A stretch of DNA of 32,802 nt from Hyphochytrium catenoides (taxonomy: Eukaryota > Protista > Hyphochytriomycota), in contig FLMG01002952.1 in NCBI GenBank assembly GCA_900088475.1, forward strand, positions 1 to 32,802. The letters run 5' to 3'. The stretch's first letter is position 1, and each line of letters opens with the position of its first letter. Position numbers and translations under genes: made by a program. Of this stretch, positions 21,677-32,802 are shown piece by piece. The notes beneath the pieces are model-generated. The model saw only the letters and a program-made list of their open reading frames with translations, was not told the origin of the DNA and made no database searches.

Positions 21677-24600
21677 CTATAGCGATCTGCCTCCTTTGGC
21701 TCTGCCATAGCTATGGAGAAACCTATCAACTAATCCAGCCACCTGCTCATGCAAAATTACAGCGTCAGACGATAAAGTAACCAGCAGTCTGGTTGTAAGG
21801 GAGAGGAAGCTGAGAGAGTTAGCGAAGAAGGCCACCATAGTCGAGAGAGAGAGAGAGAGAAAGGCGCTTACCGTGTACACCCCTCCAGTTATAGCACAAA
21901 CATTCGTAAGGAAGTGCGTCAGAGGAGTGTAGGTCTCTGTCACTTTGATGACGAACGGCGAGATGTCATAGATGACAAAGAAGCCTGCGCGTGGTGAAAG
22001 CATGCGAGAAAGAGAGAGAAAGAAAGACACGAAATGACAATGATAGGAGTGAGGCTTTAGCGCGAAGGGTAGGTGGTGGCTTTGTGATGCTTACCTGGGA
22101 GAATTAGGGCTAAGTTCATGGAAGTGATGGTCTTCTCCTGCTCGGTGTAAGAGTACTGGATATCGGTATAGCATGCCAAGCCAAGAGGGATGCATGACAA
22201 ATGAGTAAGAGAGAGATGAGAACAGCAGAGAGAAGGGAGAGAGAAGAGAAAAGGTGGGGATAAAGGGGGAAGGGGAGCGGACAATGGACCTTGAGCACCA
22301 TAGTCTTTAAGGAGGAGATGAATTGTGATTGTGAGGAGATACCCATCGCGTTGGACCCTATCCACGCCTCTCGCTCTCTGGACTCTCTTTTCCTTTCCCA
22401 AACTCTCTCAGGTGAAGTCGATTTCTGATGCCCCACCTTAACACGCCATGGTCCCTTTTGGACTTCCTTGCATTCTTACCTGGTTAGAGCGGATGGTAGC
22501 ATTGTTCTTGTCAATGTAGCTGGTTGGCACCACTTTAATATAATAGTGGTAAGCTGTGCTTCCTGCTCAAAAACTCGGTAAGGTGGCGTGCAAACCGTTT
22601 CCCATTCAGTGAATCTGTCTAGTGCTCGGCGCCACTTCTTTATGAACTATCGTGCGTGACCAGTGCTCTCGTCCCAATAGCTCTCATCTCACTGACTTGC
22701 GCTACCTTTCCCTGATAATTCCATCATCCCTCACTTAAGGCTGCTTACAATCCAGTACTCGGACCTAGTCTCATAGGAATTTTTTCTTCTCAGCAGCAAG
22801 AGATATCATTCTCAATCTAGCTACGGTCTCCTCCTTTCCCTTTACCTCCAATCTTTAGGAGGTTGTCCATAGGATTCACCATTCCAGGGTACGGCTCCCC
22901 GAAAGATAACCTAGGATCCCACAGACCAGTGTTAGTGGCTTAAAAGCGCCTCAGAGAGGGCCAAAGAGTCAGGAAGCGAATAGAATGGCTGTATACTCGG
23001 TGGAACATAAGCTTGGACGGAGAAAGGAACCGAAGGTGGTAAGAGATGAAGGGAGTCCAGTGCAAGCTAGGTGAGCTACTAAGAAGGAGAAAATCAGTAC
23101 ACTTCGGAGCCAGAAGCTGGTTGAATGGGCCGCAGGGGCTAACTCAGCACACATTAGGGTGACCAAGACTAGCTGGCGAAGAAGATAGAAACTTGAAAAA
23201 AGATAGTCTGATAGGAGGAAAAGAGGATAGGGCTGCTTACGAATGGATATGGTGGCTGCTGTTATAGCTCAGGACCTCCATGGGGTTGAATTGATGCACA
23301 AGCCGACCCTCACGCTTTACACCCTGGCCCAGAGCTACATGGAAGTTACCAGCGACCTGGGCCATTGGAAGGGTAGGTCAAGAAAAAGAAGTGACGATGC
23401 CCAAGAACAGGAACAGAGGAATAGACGTGGGCAAAGACAGTGACAACGTCACGTGAGATCAGGATGGTGAGCGGGACAGAAGGACGATAAGTGCAAATAA
23501 CTAAGAACACCCCTGGCAATGAGCAGAAGCGTTCGAAGGTATCCTTCTTTCTCTTCCCTGTCGTCTCTCTTCTATCTTTTCACTCTCTCTCTCTCTTTCT
23601 CTCTCTCCCTCTCTCTCTCTCTCTCCCTCTCTCNNNNNNNNNNNNNTTGTTGAGAAGCATGAAACCATAAACTTGACAATATTCTCCATCGTGCACTACA
23701 AAGCGCGGGTCTGTCTTCTCCCTTATACATTGCTCTGAACTCTCAACGTTTGCAACATTCCATCTCTTCTTGCTGAACCACACAGGAAGAGAAAGTTAGC
23801 TACAGCTGAATAACAAGGACGGCGAGACTTCATGAACCAAGTGAGTCAGCCAGACAATGTGACGGACAGTGTAGAGTCCAAAATCAAATGATAAGGTAAG
23901 GGTGACGGATGCAGGAAGCCCATGAAAAAGGAGACTTCTTACAGATACGCCATCTTCAGTTGATTGCAGGTGTTGCAGCAGCTTCCGTCCTCGGCGGCGC
24001 CAAAGCAGCTTCCGCAATAGTCCTTCCCGAGCACACTCTAGAACGAGGGATGCCATTGCACGGGAGGAACGCCAGCGAAAAGGGGTAATGTAAGGTTTAA
24101 CAGAGACAGAGCTAAGGCAAGAAGAGACTAATATGGAGGGAGGGCAGACAAAGAAGAAGAAAAGAACGAAAGAGACGAGGATGTAAGGGTGAGCAGGTAG
24201 GGATAGGAAGAAGCACAAAGCCTATAATAAGCGAAGGAAGGCAATGGACACCTCTGGCTTGAACGATACGGGGATCGGCGCGCCACCATCAACGAAAGTG
24301 CCATTGGCGTGAATTCTTCTCTTAAGAATATCGCTAGCGGAGTCAATCTGAACATCTCCCGCAACATCCATAGAATCCAGATGCACACCTGACAAGAATT
24401 CAGGGTAATCAGACAGAAGGAAAGGAGCCTTAGTACACTCATTGCGGGAAAAGACGCAGATGAAAAGGGGATACAACGCGACGTGGCGAAGAGAGGGAGG
24501 CGGACATGGCACAGTCTCTATCCAAATGTCAAGAACAACATAGAGATCAGCCAGAACCCTCTGCGCTAAGGCAGGTCAGAGAGAGTGAATGAGAGTCCCT

Positions 24601-25853
24601 TTCCACGTCACATCCAACAGGGGCATTGGTGCAGAAAGCGGTTCTTCCACTATCTGCTTCCGTCTTTCTGCGCTTCTTGCCGGCACTTTCTTAAGTCTTC
24701 TGACGGTATTTCCCTATCTCTCACTTCACATCGCTCTCCGTGTCCCTCTGTAGCACTCGATGTCTCTCTCTCTCTAGGACTGTGCTTTAGGTCCCCGACC
24801 TCTCATGTCGCTGACCCCTCACTCTTTCCACTGCCTTGCCCTTAGTTATTAGTTGTCCTTTACTCACTGGCGCAAGGAAGTCCTAGGAAAGAGATGTTGA
24901 GGTTTATCCTAAGTTTCTCTCCTATCGACGTGTCAATGATCATCTGCTCACTGACAGTGGGAGTGACGTAGGTGTAGAGCTCGGAGAGGAGCAGCAGCGC
25001 CATGAGCATCATCGCTGCCAATGAGACTGTAGTACGCCAATGGACATGAAGAACATCGTCAGTCCAAGTGACAAAGATAGCGAAGAGAACAATCAAAGGA
25101 TAGAGAAGAAAAGAAGAGATCGGCCTGAAAGCGTCCAGATAGTGCTAGATCGCAAGGAAGAGAGGGAAGAAGAGAGTCCAGAATGTTATAAGAAAAGTTA
25201 GACGTCGAGGAGGGCATCCACGAAGGCATGTTAACAGTGAGCCTGAAGATGAAGAGATAGGAAGAGGAAAGGTCAAGGTTGAAAATGCTAGAGAGAAAGC
25301 AGCAGACCGGACAAGCAGGAAGGAGCTAGACCCGCGGCTTGTCTAACACTGAGGCGAAGTCAGTGAAAGGGGTGAAGATAGGGGCACGCAGAGCATAAGA
25401 AGTAGGCGACGTATTGATAGAAGAATGGAATAGAGAGAGGTGTCGATGAATCCGTCCAAAAAATATGGAAGACAAGTTCCACCAGTACGGCCGAGAGATC
25501 TCCTGACCTTTTGCCCCTGTCTGCGTCTGCACTTTGAAGTCCTCTTGAAGCTGTTTAACCGAGTAGCACACATAACAAGCGTGAAGAGGTAACGGTTTTT
25601 GGAGAAGGGCAGTAACGCGGATCAGTGACAGAAGAGAGCCCGCGCGCAAGAGAGGAAGGCGCAGAGAGTAATAGAGTTTCACTGAAAGTCTTCTTCAGGC
25701 CGGACTTACCTTGGGATACACATCGAGACGCTTTAGAAGCGAATTTGCAACGGTGCTGACCCGGCTTCCAGCGTCACCGTCAACCGCCTTTCCTCGTTGT
25801 CGTAGGCTGCTGGTTGCGCCTCCACTCGCTCCGGAGGCTCCTGAAGGGTACAT
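21677..25853 (-). CDS. ERGIC3: ER-Golgi intermediate compartment protein 3 / Erv46 family, ~402 aa, 12 exons
   Basis: Exons 25853-25710, 25550-25508, 25026-24868, 24388-24252, 24037-23943, 23772-~23646 (gap), 23356-23241, 22910-22846, 22562-22480, 22155-22095, 21984-21872, 21742-21677. Family motifs: LKRLDVYPK, INLNISFLGLPC, LDSMDVAG, YCGSCFGA..CCNTC, NKVAGNFHVA, SHHIHSLSFG..YPG..NPMD, YYIKVVPT, PGFFVIYDISP, FLTNVCAITGGVYTVAG. Confidence 0.95.
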
Positions 25854-28032
25854 GCTTCCTCTTCTTCTCTTTGACCCCTCTACTGGCGAGGCCACATACC
25901 AAGATGCCAAACTCTCTGCCTGAATACCTACGGGTCCTCCAGATCAGCTCCTCTCTCAGCCCCACGGACAATGGAGTTCTAAAGAATCTGCAGATCCTCC
26001 TTCCCAGATCTGCAGAGCTCAACGCATAGAATCACTAAAATCTCTCAGATAAATCTGCAGCCATACTCCAGGGGAAGGCCTGAGTAGTCCGAGGGGATGA
26101 CTGGAATGCGTCTAAAGCACTTGCTACTGGTTGAGATCTGAGAACTCGTTCTGCCCATCGCCGCGCTCGGTCGACCAGGAAGATACCGCGCCAACAGAGT
26201 GTTGGCAGATCTCCTGCGCTTCTCATCAGGCTGCCCTCCTCGGTTCGTCTTCGCCTGCCTCCGTTGGCGCGGAAGCAGCAGCCGTAGCCCCCTCCGCTTC
26301 ATTATTCCTCTTCCTCCTCATCCTGCTGCTCGTGATCACCTTTCATTCGCTGATCCTCCTCCACACCGCAAAGTCTGCTGCGGCTGCTCTCTCTTCTTTT
26401 CTTCTTCTCCTGCCGCCTCTTCTCCGACGTTCTCTTCGTTGTCGCTCTCCCTCCTTCATACTTCCCCTCTCAATTAATCTTACTATCGTCTTTAGTATTA
26501 TATTCTTCCATCATTATCCTCGCTCCTTCTTTTCTTCTTTCTCATTATCCTTCTCGTTCTGTTGTTGTCCAACAAGAGGAAAGAAGAAGACAGGTTACTG
26601 CTTCCGCTTCTACTACTACTACGTTGTCTTCTTGAACATGATGATAGCGAGGCAGAAGATAGAAGTAAGAGTGCTGGAACAGAAGAAGAGGAGAACTCTG
26701 ACGATTGGGATGGCGACGACCTATGGCTTCTTACATCTTAATCGATGAAGAGGACTGAAACATCATATTCGGCTGCGATGGCAGGATCTATACCATCATG
26801 ATGACATCATGCGTGGTGAGACTACTGGAAGTAGTATATTCTGCTTGAGGAAAGAACGGCTATCTACACGGAGGGCTGTATAACCTTGAAGAAGCAGTCG
26901 CCTGAATCAGGTCGCAATGAAGGCTGATGGTAGAATCCTCCTCGTTAGAAGAGACTGCAGATGTTTCGGAAGCTTCAGTTCGGCCCTTTTGCCCTCAGTG
27001 CATCAGCAGCAGAAGATGTCCAGGCTCTTGGTAACAACAGAAGAGACGACTCGGTCTCACTCCCGCATCGGTACTTTGTTGGATTGCGCAATGACTGGGC
27101 CAATCAGCCTCCTTAATGAGCAAAACTGTTAGCATACAACGAACCTAGAAAGTCGTGTCCATGAGAGGGCACAATGCGATTCTTGGAAGAGGGAAGAGAG
27201 CAAATGACGGTCAGTGGAGACAGGACGATGGGAGGAACAGCCTTCGCTGCTTGATACGACAACCCTCTTGCGTGAAGAAGGACAGCCACTACTTCAAAAG
27301 GCTTGCTCAAGTATCCTTTTCTCTAGCCTTCTGACCAGTGATCGTCATGACTGAGGGTCCAAGTACGTAAGGTCAAAGGTCTTGACTGTCCAGTAGACCC
27401 GCCGTCGCCTCAGTAATAAGCACTCCCCAGGTTCCGAGCTTGTGCAGGCTTTGAGGAGGCACTATAGCAAGCGCCTCTCCTAAGCTTTGCATGCCCTTGA
27501 GCCAAAGCCGCTTCAATAGGGTCATTTAGTCTATCTCTGTACAGGGAGAGTCGCTGCTGCATTGCCCATGATCCTCATTCCCCTACTTTCAGCCGACGTT
27601 CTCTCGTAGGCATCTGAAAGCGGGCAATGTGCTCTCATCAATACTTCTCTTCACCTGCCCTCTATGCCGAAAAATCTCCAGATGTTAGCATCGAGGCAGA
27701 CGAATTGCGTTGAATAGTTCAATGACTCCCTCTCTTTGCCAAAGAAAAGTCAAAGTGACAAGGCAAGAAGCTCTAGGGTGGGCGAAAGAAGAGCCTTACA
27801 CACTTTCGAACAGTCTGGCAGCACCGCCTTCGGCTCTCAGCCCGGAGAAGGAGCACTTAAATGAGTTCCCAAATAAAAGAGAAAGTTTATGGCAGATACA
27901 TAGTAGCAACAGATCAGAGAACCAAAACTTGCTATGCTTTGAGGAAAATTGCTATACTTCTGAGAGCGGCATCGAGTAACTTAGAGCTCAACGACTCTTC
28001 CGAGCCCAACCTGCACTCGGCATATGAGCTCC

Positions 28033-30088
28033 TCATGCGTGGAAGATATCCGCTACAGCTTTACTAAGGCTGTTCCCTGGGAAGTTAGCTCCCGAGGCGA
28101 TGGCATCGTCGTTGATATCCCAGAGCATCATTCCACCTCCATTCTGACTCTTGATGGCTCTGGAACATGAAGAAAGAGATATATCGTCGTTAGTGCTCAA
28201 AGACAGAGGTCTGTCTGTCTGTCCGCCCTCACCTTGCCCAGCTTAGAACAACATCATCTGAAGGTCCTGGTCCGTAGTCGCAGCCCTTGCCTGCGCAGTA
28301 ACCCATTGTAACTTTGCTCACTGCACCGCCAAGAGGCTCTGCTACTGCCGACAGTCGACCTAAAGCCTGGGCGTACCAGTTGGCAGCCGCGCTAGGATCG
28401 CTCTGTGGTATGGCAAAGGGAGAAGAACGGCGTCAGAGTTTGGCTACCAGACCAATAGTCTTTAAGGTATAGAGAGTGGAGAAACACCCAACGAATGAGG
28501 AGAAGAGAGAGAGTTTGGAAACGTTGACGGGGCTACACGGAATATAGACATAGGTTCGGCAGAAGAAAAGCAAGCGAGAGAGAGAGAGACACACAGAGAG
28601 AAAGAACAAGAAGAAGAAGAAGGGGCACGCAACGCGCACGATAGAGTAGCTTTATGCACCTCGACATTGTAGGTCATCCAGAAGGCGAGGTCTAGGTAAG
28701 GCGCAACTGCTCTGAAGGTCGTGGTGAAGTCAACCCAGCCGCCAGCTGACCAGACTGAAGAAAAAGCTGCCCAGGTTAGGAGCTTGGGTTGGGGCATTGC
28801 CTGCCTCAGGGCTTGGACAGCAGCCAAGGCATTAGCGGTATTCTGGACCCTGTTAGAGGCGCTAATGTAACATTCGTAGTCGATGTCCACACCGTCAAAG
28901 TTGAATTTGTTGACCATCGCCGTCACTGACGCGGCGAAAGCTGAGGCAGTGCCTATAAAGGTAAGAGCGAGTCAAACAAGGAAGGTCAAATAAAGAGCAA
29001 AAAGCGTGAAAAGACAAGGTCTCAATTGGATCAGAAAGAGGTTGAGGTTTGAAACGAGCGACAGAGTAGAAAGGGACGCCGAGGGAACGACGAATAGCTG
29101 TAAAAGGTCAACAGAGAAGTGGAGAGTACGGAGGGTCCCTCAGTTTAATAAGGTTGAGGAAGACTTGCTAATGAGGAACAGAGAGTATCGAGGGGTAAAG
29201 AGAAGAAAGAGAGAGAGAGAGAGAGAGACAGGTAAGGAGACTTTAGGCTTTTGCACAGATTGCCAATAAACAAGGGCAAAGAGGCTCTTAAGAAGGTGTA
29301 CCGGAAGTCCCGAACATGTTATCTCCAGCTAGACTAGGCCCACAGTTCCCAGCTCCTCCCACCGACAATAGGACGATCTGCCCTTTCCCATGCGCGGCCT
29401 TGATGCCTGCAGCTAACTGTGCGTCCGAATATCCCATTAGAGAAAGAGGGATAGTTCCGTCACTTCCAACCACTGCAAAAGAGACAAGAATCATATCGAC
29501 ATAGCTGGGAACATCTGGCAGATCCAGAGACGAGGAGAGCCACGTTGCCCAGTATGCGACAAGGTATGGAGCTTTCCTAACGATAGGAGGAGACGGTGGG
29601 GGAGAAGATGATGGAGACAGAGAGGAAGTTGGACCTGCAGTGGGACCGGAAGAGGTGGGAGAGACACTAGGAGAGATCCCACCGCCACCCGAAGTAGGAG
29701 AGATGGGAGAGGGAGAAGGTGGACTGGGTGACGGAGAGACAGGGGAAACAGATGGAGAGACTCCTCCTCCAACAGCGCCACCAGGGCCAACCTTATTCCC
29801 TCCTCCTCCGCCTCCCTGTTTCTCCTCATTCGGATTGGCTTTTCCCGATCCATCAGAGAAAGAAGAAGAAGAAGAGAGTCCAAGATTGTCAGTGGCAGCC
29901 AAGGCCCCAATAACGATGGCTGCGGACAAAAGAATGCCTACGACAATGCCCACAATAAGCTTTGTCCTTTTAGTCCAGAAGCCCACTCCTCCTGCCACTT
30001 CTGCACCTTCATCATCTCCTGCTCCCGCTCCCTCCTCTCTGACCAGAGGCTCCCGGAGCTCTATCTGCTTTGTCTCGTCTTCGGCCAT
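28033..30088 (-). CDS. GH18 chitinase-family glycoside hydrolase with an N-terminal membrane anchor and Ser/Pro/Gly-rich stalk, ~458 aa
   Basis: Exons 30088-29302, 28952-28660, 28402-28233, 28159-28033, with an alternative upstream in-frame ATG at 30217. GH18 motifs: LVAYWATW, ILVSFA, VLLSVGGA (SxGG), intact catalytic FDGVDIDYE (DxxDxDxE), MTYN, GGMMLWDINDD. TM helix LIVGIVVGILLSAAIVIGALAA follows KRTK. Confidence 0.92.
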
Positions 30089-31132
30089 TTTTTGGCTAAG
30101 TGGCTGTCCAGCAGAAGAGATTAGTGAAGAGCCTGAAGAAGGAGAAGGCGGGATGTTGATGTTGACAGCGGAACTTCGCAGCGGCTCCCGGGTGGGCTTA
30201 GTGCTACGTCTTCTCATATGGTACAGTTCCAGAGTGAGAATAGATGCTCTCTCTTATGCTGACGATTCAACGCACTGTCCTTCTTTGTCCCCAGAAGAAG
30301 GTTTCACTCCTCCAAAATGCTAAGAAGAGATGCTGCTCCTCAGACAGAGCTAGTACTGAGAAGAGCGGTAAAGACCGGTTAGCCGGCCATAAACGGCCTG
30401 ACCCGCAGCAGAGCAGCTGGAGGAGCAGACCAGACGGGAGACACGATAAGTTCGCTTCTATTCAAGGGTCAAGGGGCAAGTAGGGATAGACAACGGCCTC
30501 TGCCAAGTCGGTCACAGGGGAGGAAGGGCAGCAGGGTACGGGTACTATAGGTGTAGGACTAGGAGTCCATCGGTAGAGAGAAGGACGATCAGGAAGAGGA
30601 GAATAGAGGAGAAAGAAGGGAGGGCTGTGTGCATAAATAGAAACAAGCTGATGTAAGCTGATAAGAGAGAGGAAGCGGGGAAAGGAAGAAGCAGCCTGAG
30701 AGAGACAGGACAGGGAGAGAGAAAGAGAGAGCGAGAAAGAAAGCGAGACCGACACACACACCTAAAAAGAGAGAANNNNNNNNNNNNNNNNNGAGAGAGA
30801 GAGAGAGAGAGAGAGAAGAGAATGAGACAGGCGAGGGAAGCGGGAGCGGCGTAATGTGAGGATGGGGCTCGCGACCTGACCGAAGGCGAAAGGTCAGCTT
30901 CTGACATGAAGGGACACAACCTTCACTTGCACCGCAACATTCCTTATAAACCTCCTTTGAATCTTTCATACGGACTAATCTCATTGAAAAAGAACACGGG
31001 AAACGAAACAAACAAAATGTCATTCTGAAAGTTTTTGTTCAGACTGATGTGAGTACAGATTTTGAGAAATGATAACCGCGTTACCGAAACTAATGGCCAT
31101 CGTCCGAATAGTAACGATAGAGAAGACAGCNN

Positions 31133-31445
31133 GCTCAGCAGCTCAGCAGCCCAGCAGCTCAGCAGCCCAGCAGCCCAGCAGCCCAGCAGCCCAGCAGCAG
31201 CCCAGCAGCTCAGCAGCTCAGCAGCCCAGCAGCCCGAGCTGCTCAGCAGCTCAGCAGCTCAGCAGCAGCAGCAGCGACAGCCACCAGCCACCAGGGCAGG
31301 AAGCACCAGCGACAGCGACAGCTAGCAGCACCTCCAGCAGCAGCCCAGCCAGCGGCAGCCCAGCCAGCGGCACCAGGAGCAAGAGCAGCAAGGAGCGCCA
31401 GCCCTGTAGTATCATCAGCACGCACCAGCAGCCAGCGGGGAGCAA
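31133..31445. repeat. CAG-rich degenerate minisatellite (unit CAGCAGC[C/T])
   Basis: Tandem CAGCAGCT/CAGCAGCC units at 31133-31270 decay into CAG/CCAG-rich sequence. Confidence 0.85.
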
Positions 31446-32146
31446 CTAGTGGCACCAGAGCTTTGGGACCCCTGCGAGTGAGCATCTGGTGCTTTCTTGC
31501 ATCATCTTCTGGTTGGGCCGGGCCTTTCTTTTCTGCTTTCGCTGCGCGTCTCCCTCCTCCCTGACTCTTTGTTGCTTACATTTCGCCACACGAGGCTTCG
31601 CCCTCCCCTGTCCTTCCTTCTCTCTCTGTTATTTCTGTCATCCCTTTCTTCTTTGTGCTCTCCCTCTTTTGTCTTTCTTTGCCACTCTCTCTGATTCTCC
31701 CTCTAAAAGTTCCATCCTTTGTCAGTGCCTCTTCTCTGCTTCGAGAAGTCTGTTTATTCCTAGACATTATTTTCTTGCCCTCTCATCAGTCATAGGATGA
31801 TGAGACCGTTTTCTTCCGAACTGCTACTCGAGAAAAGTAAGGCTACTAAATATAGCATACTGCGCCGCCACCATTCAAGCAATTCTCAATCTCTTCTTCC
31901 TCTCTCATTTTCTCTCTCTCTCTCGCTCTCGCTCTCTGTCTCTCTCTCTCCGTCTCTCTGCTGAATGATAGTACCTCCCTTCCCTCAAGTCTGTGACATT
32001 GACACCGCCTGAGCAATAGAAAATGAGAATAACGACACTATACTTCTCGATCAGTTACTTCCTCCCTTTGTCATATTTGTCTACGATCCCCCGTAGTAGC
32101 TCTCCGCTTCTTCTTCCAGACTCGCGACTTCCCGTTACTCTTCTCT

Positions 32147-32802
32147 CTACCGCTTCCTAGGGACTGCTCTACTTCTTCTGTCACCATGCTGCATTTCTGT
32201 CGTGATGAGGGTCTGATATTCTACAGCTGCTTGGGTCACTAGCTCTTCCTTAGTGAGCGGCCGCAGGTCCAGATCCTCCCCTCCGTGAGCCAGAGCCCGA
32301 GGCGAAGAAAGGTGAGGCGGGGACGCATCGAAACTGGCGACTGTAGTCTAAAGTAAAGCCAAGAAATAGTGCGAGCGAAAGTGTCAGCCTTGGATCATAG
32401 CAATGCAAGGGAGGAAAGAAGGCGCGAAAGACGAGAATGAGACGGAATCATGAGAAGCGGGACACCAAGTCTAACGAATGGGAGGGAAGCGAAAGCTGAG
32501 ACGCCGATAGGCAACTCGAGAGAGAGACACGGAGAGATTGCGGACAACGAGAGAAAGGGAGAGAAGAAAGGATGAACAGTAGCTAGTGGAGGTAGTAGAC
32601 AGGGTGAGCGAAGGAACAAAGAGGAGGAAGACAAGAGCTTGATCGCGGCGCTCACAGTAGATGCCTTGACGTTATGCTGTGCTTGTGGGAAGAGAGAGAT
32701 CTCTTCCGTGATCTGAGGGATAGGAAGAGGGGGCGTGATCTGTTGGAGGCCGAAGGAAGGAGGGGCAAGGGCGTTCTTGGGGATCTGATTGAAGTTATCC
32801 GC
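32147..32802 (-). CDS. 3' exons of an unidentified protein (gene begins beyond the right edge)
   Basis: Open frame 32802-32656 (ADNFNQIPKNALAPP..KAST, donor GTGAGC), then a pyrimidine-rich intron, an acceptor TTTAG and exon 32347-32147 (TTVASFD..DLDLRPLTKEELVTQAAVEYQ..PRKR-TAG) in matching phase. Confidence 0.65.

Noticed and set aside
26035-28030. Short ORFs between ERGIC3 and the chitinase
   Set aside because: They are low-complexity or stop-interrupted, with no motif and no consistent exon chain found.
29640-30323. 227-aa + strand Pro/Gly-rich ORF
   Set aside because: It is the antisense shadow of chitinase exon 1.
30876-30897. Hammerhead ribozyme (CTGA..GAAA)
   Set aside because: The core spacing does not fit CUGANGA, and the three-stem junction cannot be built.
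31062-31485. SSAAQQP-repeat ORFs
   Set aside because: They are open in several frames and on both strands because of the CAG minisatellite, with no true ATG context.
4020-32149. Genome-wide reassignment of TAG to an amino acid
   Set aside because: There is only one internal TAG across all modelled genes. TAG terminates the CaaX protein and ERGIC3 at expected positions, and TAA and TGA are also used as stops.

Overview
This is eukaryotic nuclear DNA from an intron-rich protist-like genome (SAR-like by recalled motif resemblance, unverified). It is saturated with (GA)n/(CT)n microsatellites and has several N gaps. Manual GT-AG splicing recovers eight genes, seven on the minus strand: eIF2B delta (5' part), a C4-zinc-finger/WW/CaaX protein, an R2R3 MYB, an intronless 7TM GPCR-like protein, a PX-domain protein (+), ERGIC3/Erv46 (12 exons), a membrane-anchored GH18 chitinase (4 exons), and the 3' end of an unknown gene. 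The most striking signal is a single in-frame TAG inside the MYB R3 recognition helix (KNRY*STMRR), followed by about 400 open, phase-consistent codons, although TAG terminates other genes here. Also notable are introns with a GA-rich 5' part and a CT-rich 3' part that could fold back. Most ORFs in the supplied track are microsatellite artefacts. No tRNA, rRNA, CRISPR array or intact transposon was recognised.
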